From: Sphingomonadales bacterium
GTDB taxonomy: Bacteria; Pseudomonadota; Alphaproteobacteria; Sphingomonadales; Sphingomonadaceae
Direction: 5' to 3'
Length of the DNA stretch: 64,000 bases
NCBI GenBank assembly: GCA_017309275.1
Contig: JAFKLT010000043.1
Location: 24,572 to 88,571, forward strand
A program made the position numbers and the translations under genes. Of this stretch, positions 32,038-41,749 are shown in pieces (the stretch's first letter is position 1; every line of letters begins with the position of its first letter). The notes under the pieces are model-generated. The model ran no database searches. It was given only the letters and a program-made list of their open reading frames with translations, and was not told the origin of the DNA.

Positions 32038-34998
32038 TCAGCGTCCGCCCGAACCTGTAGGCGCGCCCTGCGCACTTGCATCCGCCAGCGTCATGCCTTT
32101 CGGCAGAATCGCGATCGACCATTGGCGTGCCGGCAGCAGATACTGCCGTGCAAGCCGCTGGATATCGGCAGGGGTCACGCTGCTGATATCGTCCTCGATC
32201 GACAGCGCCGCCTGGGTCACGCGCGGATCGCGCGTCGCGCCTTCGAGCAGGAACATCCAATAGACGTTGCCCGTGGAAGCACGCGCGACCTGTTCACGGA
32301 TAGGCCCGGCGTTGCGCGCCAGTTCGTCCGCTCCGACAGGATTGGCGACCAGGTCGGCCGCAATGTCCTTTGCGATCGAATAGAAGCGGTCGATATCCTT
32401 CGGCGCCAACAGACTGCCGACGAGCAGATAGCCGCCGCTGTTGTCGAAACCCGTCGGCCAGTGGCTATCGACCACCGGGCCATAGCTCGCGCCCTGTTCG
32501 GCGCGCAGCCGGTCGAACAGTCGATCGTTGAAGATCGCCGCGAGTACATCCATGCCGCGCTGGTCGCGCGGATTGGCCAGGCCCGCTCCGGTCGGCCAGG
32601 CAGTCATGGCCGCTGCCTGTCCCTTTTCGCCCGTATGATAGGCGACGGCCGGCGAGGCCGTATGCTGGGCGAAGGCGACCGCCTGCCCCGACGGCGGCGC
32701 GATCGGCTTGCGCGTCGGCAGGGCGCCAACGGTGCTCGCCAGAATCTGGCGATAGTCGACCGACGAAAGGTCGCCGAAAAGCTGCACCTCGATCGGACCC
32801 GAGGCGAGGCGAGGTTCCCAGAAAGCGCGGAAGGTGGCGGGCGTCAGCGCCGATATCGCGGGCTTGTCCGGAGCCGTCCAGCGCGCATCATTATCGGTGA
32901 GCCAGCCACGCATGTTACGGTCGAGCACGGCGTTGGGCGTCGCATCGTTGAGGTCGTAGCCGGTCAGATACCCCACGCGCAGCCGATCGATCGGCGCCGC
33001 GTCCCAGCGCGGAAACGCGAGCTTTCCAGCCATCAGTTTCATCTGGTCGGCGATGTCGGCCGGCCTGCTTTCCGCCGACAGTTCGAAGGCGTCGTCCTCG
33101 ATCGAGAAGTTCATCTGAATCTGACGGCCGTTGGTCAGCTGGTCGATCTCATTCTGCCCCCAAGGCCCGATGCCGCTCGCGACGAGCGCATAGTCGCCGG
33201 TCCACAGGAGATTGGGCGCGTCGGCCGCAACGCTGCGGTTCCCGGTCCCGAAGCGGATGTTCACGCGTACCTTTCCGGGCTCGACCTTATTGTCCGAGAC
33301 CAGCGCGGTCACGCCGTTCGCGAACTCGATCCGCTCGGCGCGCAGCCCCGGAAGCCGCGTCATCGAAACAATCTCTCCCGGCTGCCCGAAAGCGGGAAGT
33401 TGGCTCATGTCCGCCTTTACCGCCGCAAGACGGTCATCGCGGATCTTTGCAGGTGCGGCCAACGCGGCAAGCAGCGCGCCATCGCCGCCCGCAACCGCAG
33501 TCGGCGACGTCAGCACGACGCGCGTCACCGGCGCATTGAAGATGGCCTTGCTGACGTCGAGCATTACCTTCGGCGTCGCCGACGCACGGATCGCCTTGAA
33601 CATGTCGACCTGTCCCTGCGGGCTGGTCACCGTTTCGTTGATGTCGACCGCGCGCACCATATCGTCGGCCAGGCGGGCGCCCGGCTCGTTCCGCGCGTTT
33701 TCCAGTTCCTTCACGAGGAAGGCCTCGATCTCGTTGGCTTCGCGGTCGATGTCGGCCTGCGAAGGCGGCGTCGTCACCGCATCGGCAATGACGCCGCGGA
33801 CGTCGGCAAGCGCGTCCTTCCAGTCGGCGAGCGGCACGATCTGAGCCATCGTGACGTCCGCGCTGCGGCTGACATATTGCTGTTCGACCGTCGCGACGAG
33901 ATAGCTGCCACCGCTGCGCGCCCGATTTTCGAGGCGGCGGTTGACCAGCGCCTGGGCGATATACTCAAGGTAAAGCCGGCGTGTATTCTCGACCGTGTCG
34001 ACCCGCTTCTGCCACGGGCGGAGCATCGCCAGCGTGACCGCCAGCGGCTGGTTAGCCTCGACGATCGTCTTGGCAACTGGCGCCTTGACGTTCGGCTTGC
34101 CGAAATCGGGCTGCTTCGGCGCGGGGCCATTGGCTTTCCAGTCGCCGTAATATTTCGCGATCAGGCGCGCGAATTCGGCCGGGTCGCCGTCGCCGACCAT
34201 GACCACGACGGCACGGTCGGGACGATACCAACGATCATGGAAGGCACGCACGGTATCCGCCTGCGCCGCCGCGAGCGATTCATTCGTGCCGATCGGGGAA
34301 CGGTCGCCGAGCAACTGTCCGGCAAAGAGATGTGAGGTCGTCTGGTCCGCGATCCGCTTTTGCGGACCATCGGATTCGCGGAGTTCCGACATCACGACGC
34401 CGCGTTCGGCCGTCACCGCCGTCTCCGAAATCAACGGCTCGCGCACCATGCCCGAAAGCAATTTCATGCTTTCGTCGAGGTTGGCCGGTGTCACGCTGGG
34501 CAGGTCGAGTTGATACACCGTCTGCGTCGGCGTCGTCTGTGCGTTGGAATCGCTGCCGAACGTCACCCCGAACCGCTGCCAGATGCGTTTCGCCTCGCCA
34601 TCCGGAATATGTTCGGAACCGCGAAAGGTCAGATGCTCCAACAGATGCGCGAAGCCGCGCTCCTTGTCGGTCTCGAACATCGATCCCACGTCCATGCGCA
34701 CGCGGATCGAAACCTGTCCCGGCGGCACGCCATTGTTGCGCACCGCATAGCGTACGCCGTTGGGCAGGACGCCGAACTGCCAGCCGGTATCGCGCGGGAT
34801 ATCGCTGCCCGCATAAAGCCAGTCGTCTTTCGAGCCTGCTTGTACCGCGGGCGTCGGTTTCACACCCTTCGCGGCAACCGGCGCTGCGGTGTCCTGCGCT
34901 AATACCGCGGGTATCAGCAGGAACGCCGTGGCGGCGGTGCAGGCCGGAAGAATCGAACGGAGCAAACGACGCGAAACGCGCGGGGAGAGATAAGACAT
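32038..34998 (-). CDS. M16 family zinc metallopeptidase (PqqL-like), exported
   Basis: Signal peptide, LPNG, AHLLEHL (HxxEH), SNAQT, second FANG lobe, LRAEQGASYG. Confidence 0.92.
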   Translation of the reverse strand: MSYLSPRVSRRLLRSILPACTAATAFLLIPAVLAQDTAAPVAAKGVKPTPAVQAGSKDDWLYAGSDIPRDTGWQFGVLPNGVRYAVRNNGVPPGQVSIRVRMDVGSMFETDKERGFAHLLEHLTFRGSEHIPDGEAKRIWQRFGVTFGSDSNAQTTPTQTVYQLDLPSVTPANLDESMKLLSGMVREPLISETAVTAERGVVMSELRESDGPQKRIADQTTSHLFAGQLLGDRSPIGTNESLAAAQADTVRAFHDRWYRPDRAVVVMVGDGDPAEFARLIAKYYGDWKANGPAPKQPDFGKPNVKAPVAKTIVEANQPLAVTLAMLRPWQKRVDTVENTRRLYLEYIAQALVNRRLENRARSGGSYLVATVEQQYVSRSADVTMAQIVPLADWKDALADVRGVIADAVTTPPSQADIDREANEIEAFLVKELENARNEPGARLADDMVRAVDINETVTSPQGQVDMFKAIRASATPKVMLDVSKAIFNAPVTRVVLTSPTAVAGGDGALLAALAAPAKIRDDRLAAVKADMSQLPAFGQPGEIVSMTRLPGLRAERIEFANGVTALVSDNKVEPGKVRVNIRFGTGNRSVAADAPNLLWTGDYALVASGIGPWGQNEIDQLTNGRQIQMNFSIEDDAFELSAESRPADIADQMKLMAGKLAFPRWDAAPIDRLRVGYLTGYDLNDATPNAVLDRNMRGWLTDNDARWTAPDKPAISALTPATFRAFWEPRLASGPIEVQLFGDLSSVDYRQILASTVGALPTRKPIAPPSGQAVAFAQHTASPAVAYHTGEKGQAAAMTAWPTGAGLANPRDQRGMDVLAAIFNDRLFDRLRAEQGASYGPVVDSHWPTGFDNSGGYLLVGSLLAPKDIDRFYSIAKDIAADLVANPVGADELARNAGPIREQVARASTGNVYWMFLLEGATRDPRVTQAALSIEDDISSVTPADIQRLARQYLLPARQWSIAILPKGMTLADASAQGAPTGSGGR

Positions 34999-35087
34999 TG
35001 GTCGACCTTATCGCCTTCAAACCTTACTGGCCACTGAACTTCGACGGACGCCTTGTCCTCCACCCCATACCGGCCTAGCCAAGGCTG

Positions 35088-35954
35088 ATGGAACCCGCAT
35101 CGCCCACTTCCACCCCGACCGCCGCGCTCGTCCAGATGACGAGCGGCATCGATCCAGCGGCAAATTTGGCGACGATCGATCGCGCCGTCGGTGATGCGGC
35201 AACGCGCGGTGCCGCGATGGCGTTCCTGCCCGAAATGTCGCTGCTCCTCGACCGCGACCGTACGCGATCGGCACCTTACATCCTGCGCGAAGGGGAAAGC
35301 GCCTGGCCCGCCGCGCTGCAGGAAATCGCGCAAAGGCACGGGATCTGGCTGCACTCGGGTTCGATGCCGCTTATGTCGGAAGACGGCGCGCGCCGCGTCA
35401 ACCGCAGCCATGTCATCGCCGCCGACGGTCGGATCGCCGCCCGCTATGACAAGATCCACATGTTCGACGTCACCCTGCCCTCGGGCGAAAACTGGACCGA
35501 ATCGGCCGCCTATGCCGGCGGTGAAGCGGTGACGGTGGTCGATACGCCGATCGGCCGACTGGGCCTTAGCGTCTGTTACGATCTGCGATTCCCCGAATTA
35601 TATCGCACCCTTGTCGACCAGGGCGCAGAGGTGATCGCGGTTCCCGCCGCCTTCACCGTATCGACTGGAGAGGCACATTGGCACGTCCTGCTTCGCGCCC
35701 GCGCGATCGAGACGGCTTGCCACGTCCTCGCCGCTGCGCAGGCCGGCACGCACGCCGATGGCCGCGCCACCTTTGGGCACAGCCTGGCGGTCGATCCCTG
35801 GGGCAAGCTTCTGGCGGAGGCGACGGCGGGCAACCGATCAGGCGACGGTGGCTATGACCTCACGCTGGCACCGATTGACGCGGGCGCATTGACGAAGGCG
35901 CGACAATCCATTCCGCTCGCCCGGTCGCGCGCGGTTCGCGGCATCCAGCTATAA
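35088..35954 (+). CDS. Carbon-nitrogen hydrolase (Nit1/deaminated glutathione amidase-like)
   Basis: FLPE, YDKIHMFDV, SVCYDLRFPE, HWHVLLRARAIET, GHSLAVDPWG. Confidence 0.92.
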   Translation: MEPASPTSTPTAALVQMTSGIDPAANLATIDRAVGDAATRGAAMAFLPEMSLLLDRDRTRSAPYILREGESAWPAALQEIAQRHGIWLHSGSMPLMSEDGARRVNRSHVIAADGRIAARYDKIHMFDVTLPSGENWTESAAYAGGEAVTVVDTPIGRLGLSVCYDLRFPELYRTLVDQGAEVIAVPAAFTVSTGEAHWHVLLRARAIETACHVLAAAQAGTHADGRATFGHSLAVDPWGKLLAEATAGNRSGDGGYDLTLAPIDAGALTKARQSIPLARSRAVRGIQL

Positions 35955-35976
35955 AAAAAGCCCGAACAATTCGGGC
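35953..35976 (-). terminator. Intrinsic terminator
   Basis: GCCCGAA-caa-TTCGGGC with an A7 run on the plus strand (U7 tail on the minus strand). Confidence 0.75.
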
Positions 35977-36027
35977 GTAAGAGCGATCCGATGTCGCTCA
36001 GCAGGCCAACGCCTGCTCCAGATGCAC

Positions 36028-36058
36028 AAAAGGCCCCGAGCCGAAGCTCGGAGCCTTT
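36028..36058 (-). terminator. Intrinsic terminator with cUUCGg loop
   Basis: AAAGGC-C-CCGAGC-CGAA-GCTCGG-A-GCCTTT, directly after the 73-aa gene. Confidence 0.75.
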
Positions 36059-36076
36059 CGGTATTTCACAACCAGA

Positions 36077-36298
36077 TTACGGGCTGGTCGGCGTGTCGCT
36101 GTTGTTATCCGACGCGATGATGATGCCACCAATGATGGCGGCCAGAGCAACGATCGCGATGATCCAGCTGGTGCTGCCTTCGAGTTCGCTTTCACCAGCA
36201 ACGTCCGAAGCCGCGCGGGTCTGGGCCGAGGCGGCGACCGGAGCCGCAATCATCGACATTGCTGCGAGGGAGACCGCAGCCTTCTTAAGCAGGTTCAT
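36077..36298 (-). CDS. Small exported/membrane protein (73 aa)
   Basis: Signal-like MNLLKKAAVSLAAMSMIAAPVAASA, acidic linker, hydrophobic WIIAIVALAAIIGGIIIA, TPTSP end; GGAG RBS. Confidence 0.85.
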   Translation of the reverse strand: MNLLKKAAVSLAAMSMIAAPVAASAQTRAASDVAGESELEGSTSWIIAIVALAAIIGGIIIASDNNSDTPTSP

Positions 36299-36475
36299 CT
36301 TATTCTCCGTCCACTGGAAAAATAGTCTTCTCGAATCACGCCGGTTTTGTGTCTCCGGCATGAATCTGCCCAACCTCTGTAGGCAGTGTCGCTCTCAATT
36401 GCAACGATGATTTGCCTAGGCAGCATTTGTTATGAAATTGCTAAATCTAAGAAATATCGCCGAAATGGTGTTAAT

Positions 36476-37252
36476 TTACCCACGCCGAACCCGATCGAAC
36501 GGCTCGCTGGTGACCGGATAGCCGAGGTGGCCGGGAATGCAGAGATGCGACCCCCCTTCGCGGTCTTCGATCCAGGGCGTGACGAGTTCGACCGGAAATT
36601 GTGCTGCGTGCGCCGCAAAAGCTGGGAAATCGGAAGCCTGGGCCAATCGCTCCAGATTGCGCCGCGTCGGGAAGATAACCGACACCTCACCGCGATCGGC
36701 CATGTCGAGCGTGTCCTGCGCGGTCGACCAGAAAATATGGCTGTGCTCGGCCTCCTCGACAGTCAGCTCGTGCCCATGATGTGGCGCCATGACGGCATAG
36801 AATCGCGTATCGAAGGTCCGCGCCTCTTTGAAATTGGGGCACCAGCGCGCGAAAGGAACGAGCGAATCCAGCGCGATTCGTTCGCCACGCGCCTTCAGGA
36901 TATCGGACAGCAACGATCCCGCGAGCAGCGCCTGCCTCACCTCTTCGAGATCCTCCTCCGCCAAGGTCGGCCAACCAACCGCGAGCCCGGTCTCCTCCAG
37001 CGTCTCGCGCAGCGCCGCGACGCGGGCCGCGCCCTCCGCCTCGTCGGTGAACCCGTGCTGGCGCGCGACCAGATAATCGTCGGGATCGACGCGCCCGCCG
37101 GGAAAGACGACCGCTCCGGCCGCGAAGGCCATGTTGGTCGAACGCTTGACCATCAAAATCTCGTCACGCCCGCCGGTCTCGGTGGGGCGCATGATGACGA
37201 GCGTCGCAGCGGGGATGGCGCCTTCGGGCAGCGATGAAATGGTGTCGGTCAT
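36476..37252 (-). CDS. NUDIX hydrolase
   Basis: PAATL, VFPGGRVD, AALRETLEETG, RTFDTRFY. Confidence 0.9.
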   Translation of the reverse strand: MTDTISSLPEGAIPAATLVIMRPTETGGRDEILMVKRSTNMAFAAGAVVFPGGRVDPDDYLVARQHGFTDEAEGAARVAALRETLEETGLAVGWPTLAEEDLEEVRQALLAGSLLSDILKARGERIALDSLVPFARWCPNFKEARTFDTRFYAVMAPHHGHELTVEEAEHSHIFWSTAQDTLDMADRGEVSVIFPTRRNLERLAQASDFPAFAAHAAQFPVELVTPWIEDREGGSHLCIPGHLGYPVTSEPFDRVRRG

Positions 37253-37373
37253 GCTTCGACCGATAAGCCCGCTTTGCGGCCTTGTCATCTGGTGACAGCG
37301 ACAGGCCATTGCTCCCGCCTCGACAGGGGTGCAAGATGGGCGCGGCACGCAGGCCGATGTGGGGAGCAGGGCC

Positions 37374-38000
37374 ATGGGAATATTGGAGATTCTGGGCATC
37401 GCCGGCAGCCTGAGCCTGCTGGCCGGATGGCGGCTCTATCTGACCATTCTGGCGACGGGCATCGCGATGCACTTCGGCTGGCTGCCGCTTCCCGAACATC
37501 TGAAGGCGCTGCAGATCCTCGCCAGCCCTTGGGTGCTCGGCGTCGCCGCGGTCGGCACGCTTGCCGAGTTTCTTGCCGACAAGATCGCCTGGGTCGATTC
37601 CGCCTGGGACACCATCCACAGCATCATCCGTCCGCTCGGTGGCGCCCTGCTCGCGCTCGCGCTCGTCGACGCATCGGATCCGACATGGCAGGTCGTCGCC
37701 TTCCTGCTCGGCGGCGGCGGCGCGCTGCTCAGCCATGGCGCGAAGGCGACGACGCGCGCGGTCGTCAACGTCAGCCCCGAACCGTTCAGCAACGTTGCGG
37801 TATCGAGCAGCGAAGATATCGCAACGGGCGGCCTGCTGGCGCTTGCTATCGCCTATCCGCCGCTGGCGATCGTCATCGCGATCGTGATGCTGGTCGCCGC
37901 GGTCGTGGTGATCATCGCGCTCCGCCGCCTGCTCCGCAACATCAAGTCGACGCTGAAGCGAGCCATGGGCGACGGCGAAACCCCAACTGCGGACGTTTAA
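37374..38000 (+). CDS. DUF4126-like membrane protein
   Basis: LLAGWRLYL, EFLADKIAWVDSAWD, SPEPFSN...S.SED. Confidence 0.85.
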   Translation: MGILEILGIAGSLSLLAGWRLYLTILATGIAMHFGWLPLPEHLKALQILASPWVLGVAAVGTLAEFLADKIAWVDSAWDTIHSIIRPLGGALLALALVDASDPTWQVVAFLLGGGGALLSHGAKATTRAVVNVSPEPFSNVAVSSSEDIATGGLLALAIAYPPLAIVIAIVMLVAAVVVIIALRRLLRNIKSTLKRAMGDGETPTADV

Positions 38001-39169
38001 GGGGTTTCCCGCACGGTTTCGCGAAATCGCTTCAGCCGCTCCACGGCCGCGTCGATCGTGGGGCCGTCCTTCGTAAAGCAGAGGCGTAATATGTGCCTCG
38101 GCCCCTCACCCTCCCACAGCGCCGAAACCGGGATCGTCGCCACGCCGGCTTCGCGTACCGCCCGCTCGCTGAAGTCGCGATCCGAAATCGCGATGCCCGA
38201 AGCGGCAAGGTCGACGCACAGGAACCAGGTCGCGGCGCCGGGCAGGACCACGAAGCCCGCCACATCCAGCCCGCGGGAGAGTTGCTCGCGCGATGCGGCC
38301 CAGCGGCGGTGCTGCGGCGCGAACCAGTCGTCGGATTGCCCCAACCCCTCGGCCACCGCCCATTGCAGCGCGGGCGGAGTCGTAAAGGTCAGGAACTGAT
38401 GCGCGCGGCCCAACGCCTGCGCCAGGTCGCCGGACGCGCACAGCCACCCGGTCTTCCAACCCGTGAGGCCGAATATCTTTCCGGCCGATCCGATCTTGAC
38501 CGCGCGCTCCGCCATGCCCGCCATTGCCAGAAGCGAGCGGTGCGGAAGGCCGTCGAAGCGCACATCCTCCCATACTTCGTCGCAGATCGCGATGAGGTCG
38601 TGCCGGATGCAGGTGTCGGCGATCATCGCGAGTTCGGCCTCGCTCGCGACCTTGCCCGCAGGATTGAGCGGATCGTTGAGGATCAGCAATCGGGTTCGCG
38701 GCGTGATCGCCGCCGCGAGCTGCTCTGCGTCATAGCGCCAGTCGGGCGGGCGCAAGTGGATCGACACCGGCGTCCCGCCCGCGCGGCGGATCATCGGCGC
38801 ATAGCTGTCATAGGCCGGCTGGAAGAGCAGAACCTCGTCGCCCTCCTTGACCAGCGTCAGGATGGCGGCGGCAAGCGCCTCGGTCGCGCCGGAGGTCACG
38901 ACGACCTGATCGGTCGACAGGGCGAGCCCCTGCCGCCTTCGGTAGAAATCGCATATCGCCGCGCGCAGTTCGGGAAGCCCGAAAGCCGGCGGATATTGGT
39001 TCGACTTTTCCCGAATGGCCCGCGCGACCGCAGCGACCATGTCGGGATGCGGCGGGTCGTCGGGGAACCCCTGTCCCAGGTTGATCGCGCCATGCGCCTT
39101 GGCGAGCGCCGACATATGTTCGAAGATCGTCGGCGCCATAGAGACATAGATGGGATGGATCGGGTTCAC
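37997..39169 (-). CDS. PLP-dependent class I aminotransferase (YbdL-like)
   Basis: INLGQGFPD, VTSGATEA, NDPLNPAG, CDEVW, GSAGKIFGLTGWK, LRLCF; GTG start. Confidence 0.92.
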   Translation of the reverse strand: MNPIHPIYVSMAPTIFEHMSALAKAHGAINLGQGFPDDPPHPDMVAAVARAIREKSNQYPPAFGLPELRAAICDFYRRRQGLALSTDQVVVTSGATEALAAAILTLVKEGDEVLLFQPAYDSYAPMIRRAGGTPVSIHLRPPDWRYDAEQLAAAITPRTRLLILNDPLNPAGKVASEAELAMIADTCIRHDLIAICDEVWEDVRFDGLPHRSLLAMAGMAERAVKIGSAGKIFGLTGWKTGWLCASGDLAQALGRAHQFLTFTTPPALQWAVAEGLGQSDDWFAPQHRRWAASREQLSRGLDVAGFVVLPGAATWFLCVDLAASGIAISDRDFSERAVREAGVATIPVSALWEGEGPRHILRLCFTKDGPTIDAAVERLKRFRETVRETP

Positions 39170-39335
39170 GTCAGTCCTGCCGGCCCGGGCATGACGTGAC
39201 ACCGATCCGCTGTAAAGCCTTTGCGCATCCGCCATGCGCGAAGCCGCGCCGAAGCGGTTTTGCGGCGCCCATGCAAAAGGCCAGCCCGCGCAAGGTGCGG
39301 ACTGGCCTTTTCGTGGACGGAAGGGGTCGCCGGGC

Positions 39336-39515
39336 TTACTGGCCCTTCTTCTCCGTCTTCTTCGCCGCATGATAGGCGGCCTTCTTCACGGGCGCCTTGG
39401 TCGTGGCGGCCTTCTTCACCGGCTGCGTGGCGGGCGTGGTCGCCGCAAAGGCGGATCCGCTGGCGATCGCCAGCGACAGGGCGGCGGCGGTAGCGAGCTT
39501 GGCAATGTTACGCAT
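39336..39515 (-). CDS. Small secreted Lys/Ala-rich protein (59 aa; below the ORF-track cutoff)
   Basis: MRNIAKLATAAALSLAIASGSAFA|ATTPATQPVKKAATTKAPVKKAAYHAAKKTEKKGQ; AGGAG RBS; signal peptide. Confidence 0.85.
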   Translation of the reverse strand: MRNIAKLATAAALSLAIASGSAFAATTPATQPVKKAATTKAPVKKAAYHAAKKTEKKGQ

Positions 39516-39552
39516 ATTTAGGCTCCTAGACAGTTGATCCGCCCCGTTGATT

Positions 39553-39624
39553 GGGCGTCGCCTGGATGAACCGGTCCACTGCCAGGGTCAGGGGGATGGG
39601 TTGGGACCGGCTCATCCGACGCCC
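39553..39624 (-). ncRNA. Long hairpin with C-rich loop (leader or sRNA candidate)
   Basis: GGGCGTCG-cct-GGATGAACCGGTCC pairs with GGACCGGCTCATCC-GACGCCC; minus-strand loop contains CCCATCCCCCTGACCC. Confidence 0.45.
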
Positions 39625-39666
39625 CCCTTATGCGCCGGGCCTCCTGCCCGCCCGATGACGGCGGGA

Positions 39667-40629
39667 TTACAGTTTCGTCATCTGGCGCCCCGGTCGCCAC
39701 AACCAGGCAGCGCAGGCAAGATCCTGAACGATCGAGCCCAGCGACTTGTAAATCGTCACGTCGCTTGCGGAGATACGTCCAGGCGCGCGGCCGGAAAAGA
39801 CGTGGCCGATTTCCGGCAGCACATGGCCTTCGTCGATCAGCCCAGCCGACTTCGCGCGCAGATATTCCGCGCCCTGCGCCAGAACACCCTCGCGGTGATC
39901 GGGAATGAAGCGCGCACGCGCAACCAGCGTCTCGTCAATCTCGGACGGTCCGGCGTGGCTTGAACCCACGGCATTGACATGGGCTCCGTCGGCGACGTCG
40001 CGGTCGAACAGGATGGGATCTGGCGCTGCCGTGAGGGCACATATGATGTCGGCGTCCGCCGCCGCCTCTGCAACAGAGCCCGCTACGCGCACCGACAACC
40101 CCAGGTCGGCGATCCGCCCCGCAAGCGCCTGCGCCTTGTCCGGCGCACGTCCCCACAACACCACCTCGTCGAGGGTGCGGACATGCCGGATCGCAGCGAC
40201 ATGGTGCCACGCCTGCTCGCCGGTCCCCAGAATTGCTAGCCGTCGCGCATCGGGCCGCGCCAGCACATCGGTCGCCGCGGCGGTGGCGGCGGCAGTGCGG
40301 ATCGCCGTGACCTCGCCCGCGTCGATTACGCACACCGGCGCGCCGCTTGCACGGTCAAAGAGGATGATGACGCCCTGATGCGACGCGCCATGGGCGGCCG
40401 CTGCAGGAAAGACGCTGATGATCTTTGCCCCGAAACCCGCACCGTCGAGCGCGCCCGGCATCACCCCGAACAGGTCGCCGCCGCCAAGGTCGATGATCCC
40501 GCGCAGCAATTGCTGGCTATGCCCGCCCGACAGCGCGGCCATCGCCCGTTTCATCAACGGGATGCAGTCGGCATGGCTCAGCCGTGCCCGCACCTCCGCC
40601 GCGTCGATGAAGGCGATCGGGTCAGCCAC
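39667..40629 (-). CDS. Ornithine cyclodeaminase/mu-crystallin family protein
   Basis: GVMPG, KIISVFP, TAIRTAAA, GTGEQA, HVNAVGS, YKSLG; GTG start overlaps the upstream gene. Confidence 0.9.
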   Translation of the reverse strand: MADPIAFIDAAEVRARLSHADCIPLMKRAMAALSGGHSQQLLRGIIDLGGGDLFGVMPGALDGAGFGAKIISVFPAAAAHGASHQGVIILFDRASGAPVCVIDAGEVTAIRTAAATAAATDVLARPDARRLAILGTGEQAWHHVAAIRHVRTLDEVVLWGRAPDKAQALAGRIADLGLSVRVAGSVAEAAADADIICALTAAPDPILFDRDVADGAHVNAVGSSHAGPSEIDETLVARARFIPDHREGVLAQGAEYLRAKSAGLIDEGHVLPEIGHVFSGRAPGRISASDVTIYKSLGSIVQDLACAAWLWRPGRQMTKL

Positions 40630-41749
40630 CCCACACGCCTTCGGCATGCCGCAGGAAGTTCTGGCCCACGATCTTTTCGATCCGCCGCGACGAATAGCCG
40701 CGCGCGGCCAGCAGGTCGATCAGCTTGCGGAACTGGTCGGGTCCGCGCAGGTCGACCACGAAAGGATAGGTGTCGGGCCGCTCGCCGGTCGCGCTGATGC
40801 CGGCCGCGCGGCGCGCCTCGATCTCTTTCGCCAGCGCCGCTTCATAGATTTTCAGGTCGTCGATCTGCGTCACCGTGCCGTCGGTGCCGATCCCCACATG
40901 ATCCTCGCCGCAGACATTCACGGCATGGTCGATATGCGCGACGACGTCCTCGGCGTGCGCATGGCCCGACAGGTTCAGGAACGGCATGAAATATATGCCG
41001 ACGAACCCGCCCTTTTCCGCCACCAGCCTCAGTTCCGCATCGGTCTTGTTGCGCGGCAGGTCGGTGACGGCGCGGCAGCCGGTGTGGTTGATCGAGATCG
41101 GTGCCTTCGACGCCCGCGCGGCCTCCAGGCACGTGCGCTCGCCGCTATGCGACAGGTCGACGATCATCCTCTGCGCGTTGAGCCGTTCGATCACCTCGTG
41201 CCCAAAGGCCGTAAGCCCCGGATTATCTGCCGCCATCGACCCGCCGCCGAGCTGGTTCGCCGGATTGTAGGTGATCTGGAAAATGCGCACGCCCATGTTC
41301 GCGAAGATGTCGACGCGGCTCGCGTCCTTCCCCATCATCGCGCCGTTCTGAAACCCATAGATGACGCCGATCCGCTTTTCCGCCTTTGCGCGGCGGATAT
41401 CGGCGACGCTCAATATCTTGACCAGATCGCGCGGATAGCGGCGAAGCAGCATGTCCATCTCGGCCACGTCGGCAACGCTCTTTTCGAACGGTTCGGCAGG
41501 GCCGGCGACATAGCCGAGGGTGCAGTTGATCGCGGCCACGCCCGATGCATGCGCCTCTGCCAGCACGCGCGGCGAAAAGGGATCGACGGCATCGGGATCG
41601 TTCGGATCGGCCACGCCGCCGAGCGCGTTGACGATGACCCACTTGCGGCTGTCGTTCGCCGCCGCCAGGGCGCCGCGCGGCAGCATCGCGGTCGCCGCCA
41701 GCCCCGCCGCGCCGATCATCATGCTCCGCCGTTCAATCGTCATCGCCAA
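40622..41749 (-). CDS. Membrane dipeptidase (peptidase M19), Tat-exported
   Basis: ERRSMMIGAAG twin-arginine-like signal, QITYN, IVDLSHS, INHTG, HPxN-like RNKTD, HVGIGTD. Confidence 0.88.
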   Translation of the reverse strand: MAMTIERRSMMIGAAGLAATAMLPRGALAAANDSRKWVIVNALGGVADPNDPDAVDPFSPRVLAEAHASGVAAINCTLGYVAGPAEPFEKSVADVAEMDMLLRRYPRDLVKILSVADIRRAKAEKRIGVIYGFQNGAMMGKDASRVDIFANMGVRIFQITYNPANQLGGGSMAADNPGLTAFGHEVIERLNAQRMIVDLSHSGERTCLEAARASKAPISINHTGCRAVTDLPRNKTDAELRLVAEKGGFVGIYFMPFLNLSGHAHAEDVVAHIDHAVNVCGEDHVGIGTDGTVTQIDDLKIYEAALAKEIEARRAAGISATGERPDTYPFVVDLRGPDQFRKLIDLLAARGYSSRRIEKIVGQNFLRHAEGVWGG

